NCBI GenBank assembly: GCA_964595115.1
Contig: CAZQOT010000001.1
Location: forward strand, 1 to 35,218
Direction: 5' to 3'
Source: an uncultured Muribaculaceae bacterium
GTDB lineage: Bacteria > Bacillota_I > Bacilli_A > RF39 > UBA660
Length of the DNA stretch: 35,218 bases
Shown here: piece by piece, positions 19,267 to 27,204 of the stretch
How the letters are laid out: the number at the start of each line of letters is the position of its first letter
Numbering within the stretch: position 1 is the stretch's first letter
Made by a program: the position numbers and the translations under genes
Notes under the pieces: model-generated
Seen by the model: only the letters and a program-made list of their open reading frames with translations
Databases searched by the model: none
What the model was told of the DNA's origin: nothing

Positions 19267-20700
19267 TTATTGTGCACCGATAAATGTAATTATAGCGTAA
19301 CCATCACCTGATCTACCGTTCATATTTCCACCATTAGGATTTGGCATTGATGTGTTACCATCAATCGTTTGGCCATCAGTTACGCCCCCAATATAACCAG
19401 AACCACCTGCACCTGAACCATATGTAACAACATAATATAGTTGTGAATTGCCAATACATTGGAATCTAGATCCACCGCCACCTCCATAGTAACCACCGCC
19501 GCCAACACCACCCCCTTGAGTAGATTTGTCACCGCCAACACCTAAGGTTCCGGCTGATCCAGCCCATTGTTCAAAAGTATAAGTACAAGTACGTGGAGTA
19601 GACGCAATAGCGCGTTGACCTCCAGCTGTTTGAGTGCCACCTTTGTTTGGTATATTGGTTGTTATTACGCTTGTATGATAAGTCCCAGAATAAATTAATC
19701 CATCTACGCCATCACTGCCACCACCAGCGCCACCCTTTATACATTGTGTAGAGTTGCTAGTATCGTATCTTAGTTCATTATGCCCTGCCGATCCACCGCC
19801 GCCAGCAACAATAATTCTATTGCTCAAATCAGTTCCCCCCATACGAATATCAGTAGCCCCACCCCCACCATAGCCTGATGAACAAGCAGAAGTAGTGCCG
19901 CCTCCGCCATTATAACACATACCACCAACATAGATATAAATTGTTTCGTTAGCATTAATGGTTACATTACCAGTAGAATAACTACCCTTACCAGCATATG
20001 ATATGTCGCATTTCCAATCACTTCCACCTTGTGCTCCCCAAACTTCCAATTTATAAGTACCTGTTACTGGTGCTATAAATGTTTGTTGAGAACCAGTGAA
20101 AGAATATTCACTAGGAGGGAATGTTACATTCACTGTTCTAGTGGCTGTTGCAACGTTACCAGCTTCATCAGTTGCTGTATAAGTAATCGTATATGTTCCA
20201 ACAGCATTTATGTTGACATCTCCTTTAGTCGACACACTTAAATTACCACTAATATCATCTGTTGCAGTAGCACCCTGATCAGTGTATGTAGATCCTAGTT
20301 CAATTGTAATTGTACTATCGCCAGTTATCGTTATTTCTGGAGCTAAAGTGTCTAATAAAAAGCTCTTTGAAAATCTAGCTACATTATCATTCAAATCACT
20401 AGCTATTGCATGGAGATAATAAGTTCCTGAGGTTATTGGAGCTTCTGTTAAGGGGTTTCCACTAACATAACTATGTATATATTCTTCGTCTGTTGGTACA
20501 TCTTCACTATTTGTCCAAACATATTTGAGACTAGAAGTATCAATAGTTTTATCAATAACTGAAATAGTTATTTTACTAACTGTCATATATGTTGATGAAC
20601 CATTTGGCGTGTATATAATAATTGGCGGTCCAAAATCTAGTTCACAATCACCTTCATATACATTAACATTATGATAACTTCCACATGAGGTAAAACCTCC
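19267..20700 (-). CDS. Surface-type protein with a Cys-loop module, two Ig-like domains (the second DUF5011-like) and a C-terminal glycine-rich domain (PF12810-like). The frame is open back to the pilin TGA; the first ATG is at 20586.
   Basis: ITITGDSTITIELGSTYTDQGATATDDISGNL...GTYTITYTATDEAGNVATATRTVNV is Ig-like. YSFTGSQQTFIAPVTGTYKLEVWGAQGGS plus repeated GGGG tracts marks the glycine-rich family. There is no signal peptide and no SD before the 20586 ATG. Confidence 0.7.
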   Translation of the reverse strand, partial: GGFTSCGSYHNVNVYEGDCELDFGPPIIIYTPNGSSTYMTVSKITISVIDKTIDTSSLKYVWTNSEDVPTDEEYIHSYVSGNPLTEAPITSGTYYLHAIASDLNDNVARFSKSFLLDTLAPEITITGDSTITIELGSTYTDQGATATDDISGNLSVSTKGDVNINAVGTYTITYTATDEAGNVATATRTVNVTFPPSEYSFTGSQQTFIAPVTGTYKLEVWGAQGGSDWKCDISYAGKGSYSTGNVTINANETIYIYVGGMCYNGGGGTTSACSSGYGGGGATDIRMGGTDLSNRIIVAGGGGSAGHNELRYDTSNSTQCIKGGAGGGSDGVDGLIYSGTYHTSVITTNIPNKGGTQTAGGQRAIASTPRTCTYTFEQWAGSAGTLGVGGDKSTQGGGVGGGGYYGGGGGSRFQCIGNSQLYYVVTYGSGAGGSGYIGGVTDGQTIDGNTSMPNPNGGNMNGRSGDGYAIITFIGAQ

Positions 20701-21021
20701 TCATTTATCTTTGCCAGTTATTATAATAAATAGTTTATCATTATGTTTAGTAAAGACAATACTTTCATAATTAGCACCGTTCAAATTTAAGGCTGTTAAT
20801 AGACCTTTCAAATCACTATTATAATCCATTGGATTAAAATCACCTATCTCTAATTTTTTTAAATCAATAGATTTCAACACTAATTTTGTATCACTTTTCA
20901 TTGAGCTCATCGTGCTTTTTTTAATAATACCTGATATTCCTGGTACGGCTATTGCTAAGATAATAGCAAGCACAACTATTACTGCCAATAATTCTACTAG
21001 CGTAAATCCTTTTTTATTCAT
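20701..21021 (-). CDS. Prepilin-type N-terminal cleavage/methylation domain protein (type IV pilin / pseudopilin-like), 106 aa
   Basis: MNKKG|FTLVELLAVIVVLAIILAIAVPG is a class III signal with Glu at +5. SD GAGGAG precedes it. The gene ends in TGA. Confidence 0.85.
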   Translation of the reverse strand: MNKKGFTLVELLAVIVVLAIILAIAVPGISGIIKKSTMSSMKSDTKLVLKSIDLKKLEIGDFNPMDYNSDLKGLLTALNLNGANYESIVFTKHNDKLFIIITGKDK

Positions 21022-21022
21022 T

Positions 21023-21088
21023 CACATGCACTCCTCTATTATATTGTTATCCATATAATAGAATATCATACATATACACTTTTTGCAA
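21023..21088 (-). repeat. Copy A of the 66-bp promoter/leader repeat (TTGCAA-N17-TATTCT, TG-extended) driving the pilin gene
   Basis: The -35 is at 21088..21083 and the -10 at 21065..21060, followed by SD GAGGAGTG and then ATG-TGA-ATG. It matches 13839..13904. Confidence 0.65.
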
Positions 21089-21140
21089 ACATAAGCATTG
21101 AAAAAATCGCGTAAAATAGATTGATATTACCAAAACAAAA

Positions 21141-21190
21141 GGAAGACCTTCTAAAATATATTTATCAAACAATATTTTAAAAGGTCTTCC
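21141..21190 (-). terminator. 10-bp perfect inverted repeat with a 30-nt loop, possibly the xerC terminator
   Basis: GGAAGACCTT...AAGGTCTTCC. On the minus strand it is followed by TTTTGTTTTGG. The loop is unusually large and the element lies about 190 nt past the xerC stop. Confidence 0.35.
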
Positions 21191-21380
21191 ATATAAATAT
21201 TAAATCAAATAATAATTATCAATCGAATATTTTATTAAACTAATTTTGATTATGATTACTTTGACACATATTTATCTCAAATGTAGTTTGATTACAACAT
21301 TACAACGAAGGTATTTATATGTATTTTTTATGTTCTTTTGGACACTTGTTTTTTCTATCCATAAATAATTAATACTTATA

Positions 21381-22274
21381 TTATTTTTTATGAGCCCTTG
21401 GATGTGCTTTTAAATATATACTTCTTAATCTTTCATTAGTAACATGGGTATATATACTAGTTGTACTCAGACTCTCGTGACCTAATAATTCTTGAACAAC
21501 TAGCAAATCAGCTCCAGATTCAAGCATATGAGTTGCAAAAGTATGTCTTATCGTATGGGGGGAAATATGCTTTTTTAATGATGTTTCTTTTATTAGATTA
21601 TTAATTATATATCTAATAGCTCTTTCCGTTATTTGATTCCCACGGTTATTTAATATTAAGTGGTCACACTTTTTATTATTTAATAGTTTTAAATATCCAT
21701 CTTTTAAATATATATTCATTATATCTTTACAACAATCTCCAAATATGACATTACGCATTTTATTTCCCTTACCAGTAACAGAAATTATTCTATTATGTAA
21801 ATCAATATCATTCATCTTAATTTGTATTAATTCACCTACTCTTATTCCAGTAGCATACAATAATTCAAGAATTAATCTATTTCTTTGCCCTAATGGATTA
21901 TCCATGTTAGGAACAACTAATAGATCTTCTAATTCATTATAGTAAAGAAATGATGGTAATTTTTTTTCTTTCTTTGGAAGAGATACAAGTAAAAATGGAT
22001 TATCATCAATTATATCTTCTACCGTTAAATATTTGTAAAAACTACGAAGTGAACTAATCTTTCTTGAAATGGTAGATCTTTTATATTTAAATTCGTGTAG
22101 TTTCATTAGATATGGTTTAATACCTTGATATGTCAATTTATTATATACAATCTGATTATCACTTAAATAACTAATAAATTCTTTTATGTCTTCTTTGTAA
22201 TTAATAATTGTATTTTCAGAATAACCGCGTTCAAATCTTAAATATTTAATAAATTTTTCAAGATAATTATTCAT
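21381..22274 (-). CDS. xerC: Tyrosine recombinase XerC/XerD family
   Basis: Core-binding N-terminal domain and a catalytic HTIRHTFATHML...LLGHESLSTTSIYTHV (R-H-R-Y). Its position downstream of topA matches the Firmicute topA...codV(xerC) synteny. The start is ATG 22274 or TTG 22286. Confidence 0.8.
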   Translation of the reverse strand: MNNYLEKFIKYLRFERGYSENTIINYKEDIKEFISYLSDNQIVYNKLTYQGIKPYLMKLHEFKYKRSTISRKISSLRSFYKYLTVEDIIDDNPFLLVSLPKKEKKLPSFLYYNELEDLLVVPNMDNPLGQRNRLILELLYATGIRVGELIQIKMNDIDLHNRIISVTGKGNKMRNVIFGDCCKDIMNIYLKDGYLKLLNNKKCDHLILNNRGNQITERAIRYIINNLIKETSLKKHISPHTIRHTFATHMLESGADLLVVQELLGHESLSTTSIYTHVTNERLRSIYLKAHPRAHKK

Positions 22275-22338
22275 ATTATCACCCAATTATATTTTATCAT
22301 AAAAAATAGTCTTTGTTTTTTGATAATTATTGCAAACA

Positions 22339-22363
22339 AAAAGATATTTTAATAATATCTTTT
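22339..22363 (-). terminator. Terminator after the 321-aa orphan gene
   Basis: AAAAGATATT-5 nt-AATATCTTTT, a 10-bp stem followed by TGTTTG. Confidence 0.5.
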
Positions 22364-23328
22364 TAAAATAATTTTAATTGGTTTGAAATTTCGTTTTTTG
22401 ATATTGGATGAGCTTCAATATATAATTGTTGGTAATCACTTGGCTTTATGCCTTCTTTTCTTGAGACTTCAAGTGCTTCATTAAAGGCTATTGCTCTTAC
22501 CTTTTCAATCATATCTACAACTTTAATATATTTATTTTGATTCTTTTTAAGATATGATAATATTTCAACACTAATATTTAAATGATGAGCCAGTTCAGCA
22601 TCATCCATTACGTCAAATAATTGTTTTACACTTTTTTTGGTGGTTCTTTCCTTTAATAATTCTTGTTGAGTTAGACCAATGCCATAAAAGGATTCATATC
22701 TTTGACGTTTAATTTCACTGACAATCATTACATTTGAGGAACAATTATACAACATACTAAATAATATTGTATCAATTTTTTTGTTAACTTTTTTCAACTT
22801 TTCTCTTATGCTATCATCTGGATTGTATATAGATTCATCTAATTTAAATTCCACTTTAATAGCTGGTATTGAATGAAAATCTTTTAATGATTCAAGATAT
22901 CTGATGAGGTATGTCCTTGGAATGTTATGATGTTCATTTATTATTTTAAAATAATCCTTTGCTCTTTTTCCAACGCTTATACCATAGTCATACATTTGAC
23001 TTTGATAATTGTTAATCATTCTAAATCTTGCGGGATTGTCTTTTAATCCTTTTTCTACTAAATCTTTGTATATCCTGCGTTCAATGTTAGTATGACAGCT
23101 AAGTAAATATTCATCACCAAGCTGTATTATTTCTTTGATAGAGTTCACTTTAATTCCCGTTTTATCTAAAATAATTTGACTTAAATCCTTTGTTGATTTG
23201 CCATAAAAGCCACGCATGACGCCTCCATAGCATGCTTTTCTTATATCCCCTGAAACTTTATATAATAAATCTTCAGTTAAATGATTTTTTTCTACCCATA
23301 TACTTCTTACTATATCTAATCTATCCAT
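22363..23328 (-). CDS. Hypothetical cytoplasmic protein, 321 aa, no recognisable domain
   Basis: Intact ORF with its own promoter and terminator, and SD AGGGGG before the ATG. Confidence 0.55.
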   Translation of the reverse strand: MDRLDIVRSIWVEKNHLTEDLLYKVSGDIRKACYGGVMRGFYGKSTKDLSQIILDKTGIKVNSIKEIIQLGDEYLLSCHTNIERRIYKDLVEKGLKDNPARFRMINNYQSQMYDYGISVGKRAKDYFKIINEHHNIPRTYLIRYLESLKDFHSIPAIKVEFKLDESIYNPDDSIREKLKKVNKKIDTILFSMLYNCSSNVMIVSEIKRQRYESFYGIGLTQQELLKERTTKKSVKQLFDVMDDAELAHHLNISVEILSYLKKNQNKYIKVVDMIEKVRAIAFNEALEVSRKEGIKPSDYQQLYIEAHPISKNEISNQLKLF

Positions 23329-23351
23329 AATAACCCCCTATTTGATTGATA

Positions 23352-23379
23352 ATTATACACTTTTTGAGGAAAAAGTCAA
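23352..23379 (-). promoter_or_regulatory. Strong SigA-type promoter (TTGACT-N16-TATAAT) for the 321-aa gene
   Basis: Minus strand has TTGACT at 23379..23374 and TATAAT at 23357..23352. Confidence 0.55.
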
Positions 23380-23418
23380 ATTTTGGAAATTAATTTCGTG
23401 TATTTAAGTATAAAAAAA

Positions 23419-23434
23419 GAGAGAAATATCTCCC
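23419..23434 (-). terminator. Terminator after topA
   Basis: Minus-strand RNA GGGAGA-UAUU-UCUCUC (one G.U pair) followed by UUUUUUUA. Confidence 0.45.
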
Positions 23435-23437
23435 TTA

Positions 23438-25471
23438 TTATGCTTCATAATCACAATTTGAACACTTGATTTTATTTTTCTTTTCTACTAATAATTTGCC
23501 ACAATTTGGACATTTTTCACCAGTTGGTTTATCCCATAATGCAAAATTACATTTTGGATAATTAGCACAACCATAGAAAATTTTCCCTTTTTTAGTTTTC
23601 TTTTCTACGATATTGCCACCACATTCAAGGCATTCACTAACTATTACTATTTCTTTTTTTTCATTTTTAATATATTTACATTTTGGATAATTACTACACG
23701 AGATGAATTCTCCGTATTTCCCTTTTCTAATAACTAGGGGATTACCACATTCAGGACAATCTTCTCCTGTTTTTATTGCTTCTTTCTTTTCCATATTTTC
23801 AAAAGCTTGCTTAACCATTGGCTCAAATTCATTATAGAACTTATCTAAGAGTTTATACCAAATAGTGTTGCCATCAGCTATATCATCTAAAGAAGTTTCC
23901 ATGTCGGCCGTATATTTTACATTTATTAAATGACTGAAGAACTCTTGTAATTTATCAGTGATTTCAATTCCTATTTCAGTAGGATGGAATTTTTTATCTA
24001 TTAATGTAGCATAATCACGATTTTCTAAGGTTTCCATTGTTTTAGCATAAGTAGATGGTCTACCAATCCCTAATTTTTCCATTTCTTCAATTAGCTTTGC
24101 TTCCGTATACCTTGCTGGAGGTTTGGTAAAGTGTTGTTCTTTATCAATAGAGGTTGCTACAAGCACATTTGATTTATATTTTTCAAGTGGAGGCAATTCT
24201 TTGTCTTCATTTTTTTCATAATCACCATATACTTTTAAATAACCATCAAAAATAATGGTACTGCCAGTAGCTTTGAATTGATAATTATTATTATCTAATA
24301 TAACAGTTGTTTGATTTACTTTAGCATCACTCATTAAGTAAGCTAAAGCTCTATAATAGATAATACTATATAGTTTATATTCATCATTGCTCAAGTATTG
24401 TTTAACACTATCTGGAGTACGATTGATACTAGTTGGTCTAATAGCTTCATGAGCGTCTTGTATTTTTTCTTGCTTCTTAGTCTTTTTTGTTTTTACTGTT
24501 CCTAAGTATTCTTCACCATAATGATTTTTTATATATGTAAATGTATTTTTTACAAATTCAGTACTTAAACGGGTTGAATCAGTTCTCATATATGTAATTA
24601 AACCAGTGGTTTCATTACCCAAATCAATACCTTCATATAGTTTTTGAGCAATTGTCATTGTCTTTTTGGCACTAAAATTTAATTTAGTACTTGCTTCTTG
24701 TTGTAATGTACTTGTTATAAAAGGAAACTTTGATTGTTTTTTCTTACTTTTCTTTTCAATGCTATCTATTTTAAAAGCTTTTGATAATTTACTTAATATA
24801 TCATCTGCTTCATTCTCATTATGAATCTCTATATTTTTATAATTATATTTTTCAAGTGTAGCATCAAAATCGGCAAATTTAGCTTCTATCGTCCAGTATT
24901 CTTCTTCTTGAAAGGCTTCTATTTCCCTTTCACGATCAACAATTAACTTTAGAGCTACACTTTGAACTCTCCCAGCACTTTTTCCACCTGTTTTAGATTG
25001 CATTAATTTACTTAATCTAAATCCAATTATTCTATCTAAAATACGTCTTGCCTCTTGTGATTTAACTAAATTATCATCAATCATTCTGGCATTATTAAAA
25101 GCTTGTTTAACCACTTCTTTAGTTATTTCATTAAAGACAACCCGTTCATACTCATCATCTTTTAGACCAATAGCATCTTTTAAATGCCAACTTATGGCCT
25201 CTCCCTCACGATCGGGATCGGTTGCTAAATATACAAAATCACTATTCTTAGCATCTTTTTTTAATTCATCTATTACTTTCTTTTTACCTTTAATTGGTTC
25301 ATATGTAGGAGCAAAATTATTATCAATTTCAACTCCAAATCCAAATTTACCGGAGGTTGCTAAATCCCTAATGTGTCCTTTGCTGGATACTACTTTATAT
25401 TCAGTTCCTAAGTATTTCTCAATCGTTTTTGATTTACTAGGGGACTCAACAATAACTAATTTCTTTCCCAT
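23438..25471 (-). CDS. topA: DNA topoisomerase I with three C-terminal C4 zinc ribbons
   Basis: Toprim KLVIVESPSKSKTIEKYLG and DPDREGEAISWH motifs, active-site region ITYMRTDS, and three CxxC...CxxC modules. The ATG at 25471 follows AAGGAGTG. Confidence 0.95.
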   Translation of the reverse strand: MGKKLVIVESPSKSKTIEKYLGTEYKVVSSKGHIRDLATSGKFGFGVEIDNNFAPTYEPIKGKKKVIDELKKDAKNSDFVYLATDPDREGEAISWHLKDAIGLKDDEYERVVFNEITKEVVKQAFNNARMIDDNLVKSQEARRILDRIIGFRLSKLMQSKTGGKSAGRVQSVALKLIVDREREIEAFQEEEYWTIEAKFADFDATLEKYNYKNIEIHNENEADDILSKLSKAFKIDSIEKKSKKKQSKFPFITSTLQQEASTKLNFSAKKTMTIAQKLYEGIDLGNETTGLITYMRTDSTRLSTEFVKNTFTYIKNHYGEEYLGTVKTKKTKKQEKIQDAHEAIRPTSINRTPDSVKQYLSNDEYKLYSIIYYRALAYLMSDAKVNQTTVILDNNNYQFKATGSTIIFDGYLKVYGDYEKNEDKELPPLEKYKSNVLVATSIDKEQHFTKPPARYTEAKLIEEMEKLGIGRPSTYAKTMETLENRDYATLIDKKFHPTEIGIEITDKLQEFFSHLINVKYTADMETSLDDIADGNTIWYKLLDKFYNEFEPMVKQAFENMEKKEAIKTGEDCPECGNPLVIRKGKYGEFISCSNYPKCKYIKNEKKEIVIVSECLECGGNIVEKKTKKGKIFYGCANYPKCNFALWDKPTGEKCPNCGKLLVEKKNKIKCSNCDYEA

Positions 25472-25519
25472 GTAATCACTCCTTAACATATATATTATTC
25501 GTATTATACATAATTTCCT

Positions 25520-26044
25520 CTACTTTTGAAAATAAAAATTATTCTTCTTTTCATATCCTAAGGTTGTTTCTTCATCATGACCTGGATATATTTTAATATC
25601 ATTATCGTATTTTTTAATTAAATTAATGCTCTTAGCCATATCCTCTTCGCTACTACCTGCTAAATCACAACGACCTATACTATCCCTAAAAAGAAAATCG
25701 CCCGTAAACATAATCTTATCTTCCCTAAAATAATAAGTAATAGCATCTTCTTTATGACCAGGCGTTCTAATAATTTCAAAACTAAAAGGCCCAATTACCA
25801 TATTATCATTTAAATTACTATAATCATATACTTTTATATTATCTTTATTAATAAAATCATTTAGAGCTCCAATATGATCAAAATGATAATGAGTAATTAG
25901 TATGCCTTCAATTTTTAAAGATTCAACTATCTTTTTGATATTATCATATTCAGCCCCTGGATCTATTATTAAACACATATCATCTTTTATAAGAATATAA
26001 CAATTAGTTTTTATTGGCCCTACAACTATCTTTTTTATTTGCAT
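25520..26044 (-). CDS. MBL-fold metallo-hydrolase
   Basis: THYHFDHIG metal-binding motif and a later GH...D motif; 174 aa. Confidence 0.75.
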   Translation of the reverse strand: MQIKKIVVGPIKTNCYILIKDDMCLIIDPGAEYDNIKKIVESLKIEGILITHYHFDHIGALNDFINKDNIKVYDYSNLNDNMVIGPFSFEIIRTPGHKEDAITYYFREDKIMFTGDFLFRDSIGRCDLAGSSEEDMAKSINLIKKYDNDIKIYPGHDEETTLGYEKKNNFYFQK

Positions 26045-26048
26045 AAAA

Positions 26049-26669
26049 TCACCTATTTTTCATTTTCTTAATAATATTAGAGACTGGGCCATAACTTTTA
26101 CGATGCTCATCTATAATCCCATACTCTTCTATTGCTTTTAAGTGTTCTTGGGTTGGATAACCTTTATTTTTTTTAAATCCATACATTGGATATTTTACAT
26201 CTAATTCATCTAACATTCTATCCCTTGTAACTTTAGCAATTACTGATGCAGCTGCAATCGTAATACTCTTTGAATCGCCTTTAATTATAGAAGTACTAGG
26301 AACGTTTAAATCAAGTTTCATAGCATCAATTAATACATGCTCTATATTACATTTAGTATTTTTAAAAGCCTCAATCATTCCTTCTTTTGTAGCTTGATAT
26401 ATATTTATTTCATCAATTCTTTTTTCATTAATAATTCCAATACCAATTCCCAAAGCTTGTTCCATAATAATATCATAATATAAATCCCTTTTTTTAGGGG
26501 ATAGTTTTTTTGAATCAATTAATCCTTCTAATTGAAAGCTTTTAGGTAAGACAACACAGGCACAAACAACAGGCCCAACTAAAGGGCCCCTTCCTACCTC
26601 ATCAATACCTGCTATAAACTCTATACCTTTATCATTTAATTCGCGTTCATATTTGTACAAATCAATCAT
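26049..26669 (-). CDS. rnhB: Ribonuclease HII
   Basis: GIDEVGRGPLVGPVV and SIIKGDSKS..IAAASVIAKVTRD motifs. Confidence 0.9.
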   Translation of the reverse strand: MIDLYKYERELNDKGIEFIAGIDEVGRGPLVGPVVCACVVLPKSFQLEGLIDSKKLSPKKRDLYYDIIMEQALGIGIGIINEKRIDEINIYQATKEGMIEAFKNTKCNIEHVLIDAMKLDLNVPSTSIIKGDSKSITIAAASVIAKVTRDRMLDELDVKYPMYGFKKNKGYPTQEHLKAIEEYGIIDEHRKSYGPVSNIIKKMKNR

Positions 26670-26721
26670 TATTTGTCACCCACGTAGCATTATAACAAAA
26701 AAGATAAGAAAAATATAGTCT

Positions 26722-27204
26722 CTATCTTATCTTTACGAAGTCTTTATCAGATTCATTAATATATATTTTTAATTTCGGTTTTATAGCATTTGGATAATCA
26801 TAAATATTATTTTTTTTCAATCCATCTATAGTGGCTCTGAATATTCTTCTAAATGCTTTGAAATCATCTAATGCATATCTCTCTATATAGAATATGTTTT
26901 CATTATTTTCATTAATTGTATAATTTCTTATACTAATTAATTCATCGTAGTAAATTACCTCTAATCTTATATTACCTGCTACAAGGGTATCATCATATAA
27001 AATTTCATTATCTTGAGTTTCTGATGTATCTATAACATTATTATCACCGTTTAATTTTAAAGCATATGTCATTTTTTTATTAGATAAGTTTGCTTCTTCA
27101 AAGTTATCTACAATTTTGAAGTTAAGGAATTCAAATGAACATAAAATTGTTCCAACAGCAATTAAGGCTATTGACACACAAAGGGAAATAATTGATCTCC
27201 TCAT
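26722..27204 (-). CDS. Hypothetical membrane-anchored extracytoplasmic protein, 160 aa
   Basis: Single N-terminal TM helix. The start overlaps the stop of the upstream DUF1700-like gene (TAATG). Confidence 0.45.
   Translation of the reverse strand: MRRSIISLCVSIALIAVGTILCSFEFLNFKIVDNFEEANLSNKKMTYALKLNGDNNVIDTSETQDNEILYDDTLVAGNIRLEVIYYDELISIRNYTINENNENIFYIERYALDDFKAFRRIFRATIDGLKKNNIYDYPNAIKPKLKIYINESDKDFVKIR

Noticed and set aside
19267-19800. The repetitive GGN-rich DNA could be a tandem-repeat, CRISPR-like or contingency locus.
   Set aside because: The repeats are irregular at the nucleotide level and simply reflect glycine codons within one open frame. The longest homopolymer I saw is 6 nt, which is short for efficient phase variation.
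20701-20703. TGA might be a sense codon genome-wide (genetic code 4 or 25), making pilin plus glycine-rich protein an ordinary single ORF.
   Set aside because: Long housekeeping ORFs (ppdK, topA, clpB, murC) are intact under the standard code and encode Trp with TGG. TGA also acts as a stop in the classic ATGA overlap of tdk with the HAD gene (14485-14488). Only local read-through or recoding remains plausible.
20687-20703. SECIS-like element that would make the pilin TGA a selenocysteine codon.
   Set aside because: Only a 5-bp stem with a 3-nt loop follows the TGA, far smaller than a bacterial SECIS. No selenoprotein context is evident.
21054-21076. dif-like XerC/D site (TAGAATAT... resembling the B. 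subtilis dif core) inside the repeated leader.
   Set aside because: Only about 8 consecutive matches. The XerD arm (TTATGTAAACT) is absent. The matching bases are better explained as the reverse complement of the conserved -10 region.
21381-22286. The tyrosine recombinase next to the pilin locus could be a shufflon-type (Rci-like) recombinase swapping C-terminal cassettes between 13.8 kb and 20.7 kb.
   Set aside because: Its position downstream of topA matches the housekeeping XerC/CodV synteny. The two homologous modules are in direct orientation, so recombination would delete about 7 kb carrying tdk, uppS and ppdK. I found no inverted sfx-like repeats.
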